64,000 nucleotides of DNA. Origin: Lingula anatina. Taxonomy: Eukaryota > Animalia > Brachiopoda. How positions within the stretch are numbered: the stretch's first letter is position 1; each line of letters starts with the position of its first letter. The notes under the pieces are model-generated. The model was given only the letters and a program-made list of their open reading frames with translations. It searched no databases and was not told the origin of the DNA. Shown in pieces: positions 53,925 through 64,000 of the stretch. A program made the translations under genes and the position numbers. The DNA is taken from positions 20,544,534-20,608,533 of the forward strand of contig CM120644.1 in the NCBI GenBank assembly GCA_051362555.1, written 5' to 3'.

Positions 53925-56057
53925 TTATGTACAGACACAGATGTGTCTGTACATATAGCCATCACCTGCGTCTGTCGTCGCCGTTGTCGCCGTTGCCGTC
54001 GTCGCTGTGCACTTTTACCAATAACACGATAAGTGGAAAACTGTTTTTCATTTCAGCTTTAAACTTACAGAATTGATGAATATTTATAATACGCAGGTCA
54101 GGTTCGAAAATCAGCATGATTGGGTCTTTTGTAGGGAAGTTATGCTGTTTTTTTACTTTTTTCAGCACAAATGCAGCACCGATAACACGATAAGTGGAAA
54201 ACCATTTTACTTTTTGGCTTGAAACTTACAAAACTGATGAATATTCATAATACGCAGGTCAAGTTCGAAAATCAGCATGATCGGGTCTTTTTTAGGGAAG
54301 TTATGATGTTTTTTCCCTTTTTTCAACATATATGCAATACAGATAACACGATAAGTGAAGAACCCTTTTACCTTTTGGCTTGAAACTTACAGAACTGATG
54401 AATATTCATAATATGCAGGTCAAATTCGAAATTCAGCATGATCCGGCCATTTTTAGGGAAGTTATGATTTTTTTTTTTTGTTTTTTTTTTTTTTTCAAAT
54501 TTTTCAGCATTTTTATAACACGGATAACAAGATAAGTGTAAAAATGTTTTTCCTTTTGGATTGAAACTGATGAATATTCATAATATGCAGGTCAAGTTCG
54601 AAAATTGGCTTGATTGGACTATTTTTACAACAGTTATGCTGTCTTTTTCCCTTATTCAGCATATGTGCAACACTGATAACACATTTTAAGGAAAACCAAT
54701 CAACTCACAGCAGTGATTAATTTGACTAGTATACAGATCAAGTTTGAAAATAAGCTTGATCAGTTAAGTTTTGATGAAGTTATTAGCCTTTTTGTATATA
54801 AGTGTTTTTTCTTCAGATTTAATTCTTAGGCATGTTAACAGTCTCATTATGGAACTAATTAGATATGTAAAAGTGTTGTTTTGACATTTTCTGCTTCTTA
54901 ATAATATTGTTAGTTGATTATATAAAAATGACGGTAAACCTGTTATCCTGCATTGTGTAATAAAGTATCAAAAATGGAAAGGAACTCATCATTGCAGTTT
55001 GTCAGATTCAATCATTCACTATGTTCAGAATCTGTGAATGGAGCAAATTGGACATTTAAAATTGTTCTATTGATATTTTTCCTATGTCAACAATTTTCCT
55101 AGTTGATCATTTATAAATGATCAACTAGGAAAATTTCTTTAAAAAATTATAAATCTCTTAAGAAATTATTACAAAGTATAGCCATCTATGGAGGTCACAT
55201 GGTATGATGACAAGTTCAGATATCAGAATAATAGCTATGACTGCCCTTTTTGTAGTAAAACAAAATATATTATATTTCTGTGAGTTGTTTACACTGTTAA
55301 ACTTAAGTTGGATGATACATATCATGGTTATTCAGCTAGACTGAATGGCAGCTTTAGTGGAATATTTTTGTAATTTTTTCTTTAATTTTTAATTTTTCAA
55401 ACTGGCATTTTCAAGATGTGACTTATCACTCCCATCCACCAGGAGCCCTGTACTGTTACTTTGTAACATTTTCTGTATTTTTTTAATTTACAAGAATGAT
55501 TCTTAGGATTGACATACAGCCCAAATAAGAAAAACAGCTCTATTAATATATATATATATATTATTGAGTTTAACCTTTTTTTTTTTTTTGGTGAAATTTT
55601 CACTTTATCTCGTTCTGGCATTTCCAAAGTTTAACTCTTATCAGCCTGAAGCCTTAGGAACTATTTCCAGACCCTATCACACTAACTGTGGATCGATCTA
55701 TCTCCAAGGGAATTCTCGCTAAATTGCAATCAATGTAAGTGGCTTAGCTGTTTGTCACGCCTACTGAAACTGGCATGCCAGAATCCTAAGCCGCTTAAGC
55801 TGAAAGCAATTTAGTGAGAAACCCCTTGGAGTTGGATTTGATCCTGTTAGATTGATCTAGGTATGGGAACTCAGTCTAATGCTTGTTATACATTTTACTT
55901 TCATCCTAATCCACTGTTATGCAGAATTAGAATTTGACGTTGGCTATGCAGTTACAGTAAGCATAATACATTAGTGCATCAAAATTGACAGTATCCTATT
56001 TCCTGCGTTTTTATTTTCTGGTTTTTGTCTGTACATTTGACAGCTTTGCTGCCTTGT
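53925..56057 (+). mobile_element. Complete HINE copy (2.1 kb), same family as 33099-38484
   Basis: TTATGTACAGACACAGATGTGTCTGTACAT...~165-bp tandem core...TGTCTGTACATTTGACAGCTTTGCTGCCTTGT, with T-rich flanks on both sides. Confidence 0.88.
55655..55879. mobile_element. Palindromic MITE nested in the HINE
   Basis: Long imperfect inverted repeat: ctaactgtggatc..ctccaaggg..tctcgctaaattgc vs gcaatttagtgaga..cccttggag..gatcctgttag. Ends approximate. Confidence 0.65.
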
Positions 56058-57049
56058 TTTTCGTTGTGCTACTGGTTATTTGCATGACATGAGGTGTACT
56101 TATTTTGAAAGACATTTTATTTTGGTGTGAAACATTTTCTTGAAGAAAGAGAAATCCTAAATTACACATACTAATGAAAATTCACCATTTTACAATTTCT
56201 GCATTATTAGGCTTCCTAAGGATTTGTGGATGATGAACAACAATCTCACCATAGGCATATCAACACTTCTAAAATTCTGTACTGACCATACTGGTACAAG
56301 TAAAGGCACAGACACAGAAAGTAAGTACTATACAGCATTATAAATATTAGCAAGAAAATTTATACTTTGGCACTCCCATATAAAAGTTATATTAATATTT
56401 TTATATGTACTATCACATGAACAATCTAGGTGTAGTTAACTATTAGTTCATTCAGCAAATCGAGCCCAATCATGGAATGCAAGAACGCTTGAATGTTTTT
56501 CTTTGCACCAGTACATATTTTAATATGGATTTTTAAGGAGTGCCAATGCATACATTTTTGTGCCAATATATATATTAGTTAATTGTTGATCAGCTTTAGA
56601 TTCTTTGTGTAACACAACTTGGCCAGATCTTTGTAAACTAAGCTTTGAGACAAAACTGACTTAATTTTTTTTTATTACAGAATTGTGCCACAGTTTCACA
56701 TAAAATATAATATTGATTTATCTTAACTGTAAGTCACTCAAAATTTACTGGCTAACTAGGTGTTTTGCAAAGAAACTAATATATTGGTTTTGAATGCTAT
56801 TGATTGCAATGTACACTCACATGTTTGAAGAACTCTCTAAAATAACACGTGGAAAATTTTGCGGGATATGATGGCCCATCATTATATTTATTGTATTGTA
56901 TTGTATTGTATTGTATATTGGCATCTTTCAAAAGTAAATGGTTGTTTATTGACAATGAAGTGAATTAAAAAAAGGTTTTTAACCATACGGTAATGGATTC
57001 ATATGATTTGTATTGTAATGGATCAAATCAAAGCATGATCAGATTTTGG

Positions 57050-57860
57050 CTAGTTGAATTGAACAGGAATTTAGTATTCCTGGGGGTGGGGCTGCTCCTA
57101 GGGATGGTTGATTTTAAGTTTTTTTGCATTGTAATATACTACCTTTTCTTAGACTATTAAAATTACAGAATTGGAATTTTGGAAATTGATCAACCTTTTA
57201 TCAGAATAAGAAATAAGCCTTTTGGAATTTTAGTATATCTAGGGTTGAGGTTGCCCCTGGGGGTGGATGATTAAATTTCCACATGACTCGGCTCTCCTTG
57301 TACATTCCAACTTCTGACACTCAGTCTCTCTGAAACAAATTGATTTTTTCCCATTAGTTTGGTCTTTTGTAAGGCAAAATTATGTTCTGAACATACCTTT
57401 GTTTTGCCCCATCCATTGTCAATAAGCTGTCATTTACAACTGAAAGAAAATGTGAGCTGTCATATCTTGCAAAATGTTTCACCTTTTTTCTTGAAGTGAT
57501 GGGTTTAGATTGCAACTGACAACATATGATTAACAAATTGACAATGTCATCACTCAATATAGTTGGGCTGTCCCTAGGGGTGGTTGTTTCTGAATTCTTT
57601 TCTCATTGTAACTTCCTCTATCTCCTCCTAGATCATTAGACATAGGAAGTTGAAACTTTGGTGATTGGAAGACATTTCAGGAGTGTGTGGGGCTATTTCT
57701 GAGTTTTAGTGCAACAGGGGGTTGGACTGCACCTGGGGGTGGTTGATTCTGAATTCTTATCACATGATTTGTCCTATCTCCCCCTAGACCTTAAGAGTTA
57801 GGAAGTTGAAAGTTTGGTGATGGGTAAAGCTGTTGTAAGGGATGTACATAGGCATTGCAG
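57050..57860. repeat. Second tandem-repeat family (~150-bp subunits), left part
   Basis: Recurrent ggaattttagt...gggctg.ccctgggggtggttgatt...gaagttgaaactttggtgat. Confidence 0.75.
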
Positions 57861-60293
57861 AAAGGATGAGTGCGAATAAGGGGGTAAAAGTGCCCACCTT
57901 TGTACATGAAAAATAAATTGTGAATGAATGGAAAAAAACTGATGCCAAATTAAAGTTTGGGTCTTACACTTTTATGATCCACTTAAAAAAATTTTTTTTT
58001 ATTGAATTTGAATAATAAAAAATTCATGTCAAAATGACCTTGTCAAATATTCATGAAAATGTGTGTTTTAGGGGGGGGGGGGTCTGAATTGCAATGCTAC
58101 ATATCTTTATTTACAGTAAGATGACAACTGTGAAATTTTGTAATTGGGTACAGAAGGTGCCCATGTAAAAAAGTAAGGCAATATGTGGCCAATCATTGTT
58201 TGTGATCAATATTTTGATTGCTTTATTTGTACATGTAGTGCTAATTAAGAAAGAAGAATCTTACAGTGACTTGAGGATAAAAGATGTTCATTTTTTATAT
58301 AAGCCCCTGCCTCAGACAAGCTTATTATTCACGGTTGAAAAGACATGAATATAAGGTGAGATATATGTGAAAATCAGCTTGTCTGAGGGTTGGGCTCGGT
58401 ATGTACTCAAACTATAGATAGGGACATCTTCGGTCCATATGCTAGCAGGCGGCCATTTTTATTCCTGCTATGAGGTAGCTGCTACATGCTAACATAGGAT
58501 GGTTAGGAAGATACAGTGAAACTTTTGTTCAAAAAAACAACCCAAAATAAAATGTAGGTCTTTGAAAGGAAAATAGGGGTTAGAGTCAGTAAAATATTTT
58601 CAATTACAACCAAAAAAATAAGAAAAGTCATTTTCATGTAATGCATGCTATCATCAAAAAAAAAAAAAAAAAAAAAAAGGAAATATGGATAGGAAATAGA
58701 GTCCAAATACAGTAAGTATATCTTACTTTCATTCTTATTTCTTATGATTAAGAAAGATTAAATGTAAAATGTGCATCAGATATTCAAAGTTATATTAATT
58801 ATCATAATAGCAGATGTACATTGTGGTACATTGTGGTGGCTCCTACTTTATATAGAGACCCATGCTGTAATAGACCACTACACATAAGGGTGGCTTGACC
58901 CAACCCCCTCTAATAGGCATGAAAGTACATTTTGTACAACCAAAATCGTTGTGTAAATGTCCCCTTTCATGTCTATTTTGCATAAAAAGTAAAATAAAAG
59001 GCTCCATCACACACACCCTAGTTTTGTTACTTATGACCTAATCTTCCACACCAGCACTATTGATAATAGCTTTGCAGAGTTTTTTTTTTTTTCTTCTTTT
59101 TTTTTTTCACCAAAATGCTATGAATGGCTTTATTTGTCAAGGAAATCAGTACATACAAGAGACCACCAGCCTATAATAATTACCAGAAGTTTACCAGATA
59201 AAGCATGCTAGCCAATATACTGATGAGCATCTGATAGATGGCCAGTTTGAAATCAGTGTATGCAAGGATGCACCTGATTTAATCAGAGCCAAAATAGTTA
59301 ATTAAGACACACATCTAGCCACCGGTACACATTATGGATTCAGACCTCCCATAACAAAACTAGACCCATCAGTGGCGGGTACTGACAGTGTAAAGCTGGT
59401 TCCAAGACAGTTGGAAGTTGTGCACATATCACTTCAGTCCTGTGGTATATGGGGTTTGACATGAGGCAGGGATACAATTGAAAATTATGTTGTGGAGAAG
59501 GCTGTTTGGATGCCTCACATTTACCAATATCAAGTGGTGACAGTATTAGCGAGACAAAAAGTGTTTCGGACAGCACATCTGATTAATTATCTATTGTTTC
59601 ATTATACATTTTTATACTCATTTTGTAAAAATAACTCTTGCATTGCATTCTATACAAGGTCTTTATCATTACATAATCATATATGAAGTACTTTTTAGGT
59701 GATTTTATTTCATTGTCAGACAGATTATTGGCCATAACTGTTATTATGCGTACTATATTTTCATTTACTTTTTAGTTATACCTTATCATTATTTTGGTAC
59801 AGTTTATACCTTGTTTATTTTATGGTTTATGGAAACATTCCAAAAAGCTGTTTAGAGTGCTTTTACACATGATTTTTTTCTTGTTACTGTAACAGCCTTT
59901 TGCTTTTAGCATTTTTTACTATTCCTTAGAAATGTGTATTGGTTAAAAATACAATTATTTAGACCAACAAATGCTGGTCTGTAAGAAAAGTTATATAAAA
60001 TTAATAAATACCCTGAAGTTTTTCTAGTAGCAAGACTTTTATACAGTTAAGTGAAATCAGTGATGGCTTCTGTGAGAAAATACCGTAATATGCCACCCCT
60101 CCCTCTCTTCTCTAGGATTAAAAAAACAATAATTACTTTCCCATTTACTTGTGCCACACCACAATTATTTAACATATAACTCTTTTTTTACATCACAAGA
60201 CAAGTTTCATTAGAAAAAATCGTTTATGTAACATAAATGCTGAAACAAGTTGTTCTGATTCATTAGACTGCATACAACAGGTAAATCTGGCTA

Positions 60294-60324
<31 letters not shown>

Positions 60325-60476
60325 ACATATAACTCATTAAAAATACTAAGTTACGATGCCTCAAACCAAATAATATTTTTCCATGCAACAAATATATGCA
60401 TAAACTTTATAATAGCAAATCATTAAAAAATTTTGAAGCAGGGCACTTTGCCAATGGTTATCAGCACTCATCCTTT
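57861..60476. mobile_element. Non-autonomous TIR element (~2.6 kb) splitting the second repeat array
   Basis: AAAGGATGAGTGCGAATAA / TTATCAGCACTCATCCTTT (17/19) plus inner AAAGTGCCC / GGGCACTTT. Flanks rejoin as ggcatt.cag..agtgcaacagggg. TSD unresolved. Confidence 0.75.
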
Positions 60477-62900
60477 AGTGCAACAGGGGCTGGGCTGTCT
60501 CTGGGGGGAGAGAGGGCGCTAGATCCTGAATATTTTTCACATTGTACTTTCCGCTGTCTCCTTGATAAGTACAGGCATTTTGGAATTTTAGTGCATTAGG
60601 GGTTTGGGCTGTCCCTGGGGGGTTTCTGAATCTGAATTATTTTTACTTTGTATTTTCTGTGAACTCTTCCTAGATCAATTGAGTTGGGAAGTTGAATTTT
60701 TGGTAATTGGTTGAAAAATCTTCAGGGATGTGCATATTGGTGGTCCAGAATATTATCATGCCTGGGGGCTGGAGTGCCCCTGGGGGGTTGGTTTATTTTA
60801 AATTATTTTCATAGTGTAATTTCTGCAATCTCCCAGACCGTTGGACTTATGGGAAGTTTAAACATTGGTGATGGTAAAGCTGTTGTCAGGGATGTGTATG
60901 GGCATTTAGGAATTTTAGTACAAAGGGGTTGGACTGTCCCAGGGGGTGTGACTGATTCTAAATACTTTTCATAGTGTAATATCTGCTATCTCCTCCTAGA
61001 TTATTAGACATAGGAAGTTGAAACTTTGGTAATTAGTAAAGCTGTTGTCAGGGATGTGCATGGGCATTTCGGAATTTTAGTACAACAAATAGGGGGTTGG
61101 GCTGCCCTTGGAGGGGGGTTGTTTGAATCTAAATTTGTTTTACCTTTTATTTTCTGTCAACTCCCTTATATCAATTGAGTTGAATAGTTGAATTTTTGAT
61201 GATTGGTTGAAATTTTTGCAGGGATGGACATTGGCGCTTCAGAATTTAATCATGCCTGGGGGTTGTACTGTCTTGGGGGTGGGGGGGAGAGGGTTTGTTA
61301 ATTCTAAATTTTAATGACTGTTATTCTTTATATCTACTACAACATAAGACTTTGGAAGTTGAAATGTTGGTGTTGGTAAATCTGTCGTCAAGGATGTGTA
61401 TGGGCATTTCAGAATAGGGTTGGACTGCCCCTGGGGGGGCGGTTGATTATAAATTCTTCTCACATTGGAACTTCCACTATCTCCTCCCAGACTATAAGAG
61501 TGAAGTAGTTGAAACTTATGTGATTCATAGATCTGTCTACTGGGATGGGTATAGTCATTTTGGAATTTTAGTGCATTAGGGGTTTGGGCTGTCCCTGGGG
61601 GGTTTCTGAATCTGAATTATTTTTACTTTGTATTTTCTGTGAACTCTTCCTAGATCAATTGAGTTGGGAAGTTGAATTTTAGGTGATTGGTTGAAAAATC
61701 TTCAGGGATGTGCATATTTGTGGTCTAGAATTTTATCATACCTGGGGGCTGGAGTGCCCCTGGGGGGGGGGGTTTGGTTTATTTTAAATTATTTTTATAG
61801 TGTAATTTCAGCTATCTCCTAGATCGTTGGACTTATGGGAAGTTTAAACATTGGTGATGGTAAAGATGTCGTCAGGGATGTGTAGGGGCATTTTTGGAAT
61901 TTTAGCACAAAGGGGTTGGACTGTCCCTGGGGGTGTGGTTGATTCTAAATACTTTTCATAGTGTAATATCTGCTATCTCCTCCTAGATTATTAGACATAG
62001 GAAGTTGAAACTTTGGTAATTAGTAAAGCTGTTGTCAGGGATGTGCATGGGCATTTCGGAATTTTAGTACAACAAATAGGGGGTTGGGCTGCCCTTGGAG
62101 GGGGGGGGTGTTTGAATCTAAATTTGTTTTACCTTTTATTTTCTGTCAACTCCCTTATATCAATTGAGTTGAATAGTTGAATTTTTGATGATTGGTTGAA
62201 ATTTTTGCAGGGATGGACATTGGCGCTTCAGAATTTAATCATGCCTGGGGGTTGTACTGTCTCGGGGGTGGGGGGGGAGAGGGTTTGTTAATTCTAAATT
62301 TTAATGACTGTTATTCTTTATATCTACTACAACATAAGACTTTGGAAGTTGAAATGTTGGTGTTGGTAAATCTGTCGTCAAGGATGTGTATGGGCATTTC
62401 AGAATAGGGTTGGACTGCCCCTGGGGGGGCGGTTGATTATAAATTCTTCTCACATTGGAACTTCCACTATCTCCTCCCAGACTATAAGAGTTAAGTAGTT
62501 GAAACTTTAGTGATTCATAGATCTGTCTACTGGGATGGGTACAGGCATTTTGGAATTTTAGTGCATTACGGGTTTGGGCTGTCCCTGGGGGGTTTCTGAA
62601 TCTGAATTATTTTTACTTTGTATTTTCTGTGAACTCTTCCTAGATCAATTGAGTTGGGAAGTTGAATTTTAGGTGTAATATCTTTTCATAGTGTAATATC
62701 TGCTATCTCCTCCTAGATTATTAGACATAGGAAGTTGAAACTTTGGTAATTGGTAAAGCTGTTGTCAGGGATGTGCATGGGTGTTTCGGAAATTTAGTAC
62801 AACAAACAGGGGGTTGGGCTTCCCCTGGGGGGGTGTTGGAATCTAAATTTGTTTTACTTTCTATTTTCTGTCAACTCCTCCTTATATCAATTGAATTGAA
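60477..62900. repeat. Second tandem-repeat family, right part, with ~985-bp higher-order period
   Basis: ttggaattttagtgcatta.gggtttgggctgtccctgggggg near 60580, 61560 and 62550; ~150-170-bp subunits. Confidence 0.9.
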
Positions 62901-63123
62901 TCTTTTCATCTTTGATAAGTGGGGAAGTTGGGCTATATGTGATGGCTACCCATCAACACCATCTTGTTTATTTATTTATTTAAAACAAGTATAAAACAAT
63001 TTTTTTTACCCAATATTAACTGAGTGACTTTGCCATTCATTTTTTCCATATAAGTTTTGCTACTTTATATTTGATCTACATGTGAGTGTCCATGATGGGT
63101 GCTGCACTAGTGGCAATAATTAA

Positions 63124-63459
63124 AGGGATAATAACTGTTTTGGCCAAAAAATTAATTTTCCTGGAGTAAACAACAATTTTCCTATACTAACCAATGGTTA
63201 ACGAATCCATTTCTAGAATCAAAGTTGGTCCCTGTTTTTTTTTCTAAAAAGTTTGGTTTTTTGTAATCTCTTAAGAGATTATAACAGATTATATATCATC
63301 TACGGAGGTCATGTGGTCTGATGAAAAGCTCAGATATCAGAATAATAGCTATAACTGCCTTTTTTTTTTGTGGTAAAACAGAATATATTATATTTCTAAG
63401 AGTTGTTTACCATGTTTTTATTGTGAAATATAGATCTCATATGAAGAGTTATTATCCCT
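63124..63459. mobile_element. Kolobok-like MITE (336 bp), TTAA TSD
   Basis: TTAA|AGGGATAATAACT...AGTTATTATCCCT|TTAA. First half matches the reverse complement of 11053-11223. Confidence 0.88.
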
Positions 63460-64000
63460 TTAAGTGCCTTAAAGTTTTGAGAAGACATTGCGAAGACTTG
63501 TTTAGTTAACAACTACCTGCCTCTTTAACATTGTATTCTTTAGATGTGTGACAATTTTAAATTGACTCAAGAATCCTCTGCTGAACAAGACAAGAAAAAA
63601 GACTATTTTATCAAAAATAGGGGCTATGCTTCGGAAAATGTCTTCTTATTTATAATAATCACATTAATTCAAAATATATTGAATTCATCACTACCTGTGA
63701 TCATTTTTGATAATGATTTTTGTATTTTATATTGAATTGATATTTTATTGTACCACCAGTATGAGTACTGGGGGTACCAAAGTGTTGTCTTTAAACTGCC
63801 ATGATCATGTTGACATTACAGAAAGACAGATTGTATTACTTGTGGACAGATTAGGTGAGACGGACCTTAAGGAACCCTTTAGACCCACCAATTGCAATAG
63901 ATGCGACATCGTCCATGATGTGTAAAGTACTTTTAAAGGGACTAGAGCCAGTTTGGAGGGGGTCGACTTTCCAATTGCGTTAGTTGAGACAGACCCTAAG

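Noticed and set aside
63544-63925. Short ORFs after a ttctttag acceptor as a host coding exon
   Set aside because: No recognisable motifs, low-complexity AT-rich translation, and the window ends before context is visible.

Overview
AT-rich eukaryotic DNA, most consistent with an invertebrate animal. No intact host protein-coding gene is recognisable and there are no prokaryotic features. Positions 1-44082 are a complex tandem array: about 37 monomers of 0.5-1.0 kb with higher-order duplications of about 5.0-5.6 kb and about 1.84 kb. The array carries many insertions: a 3'-truncated Ngaro-type retrotransposon whose gag is split by a 3.3-kb TA-flanked DNA transposon, a decayed DIRS element, three amplified copies of one 5'-truncated RTE-X-like LINE, a 5.4-kb Helentron-type non-autonomous element with nested inserts, a hAT-like element with a 5-bp TSD and a Kolobok-like MITE. 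Positions 44-64 kb are mostly non-autonomous TEs, a second tandem-repeat family and a candidate divergent promoter near 52 kb. The two most notable observations are (i) a minus-strand 80-nt cassette with splice acceptor and donor in every array monomer, suggesting the array may be a tandemly amplified exon-intron unit of a non-coding transcript, and (ii) an in-frame A_AAA_AAC -1 frameshift site joining Ngaro ORF1 to RT. All family assignments come from motif recognition by eye; no searches were run. Almost all short ORFs in the supplied track are repeat noise.
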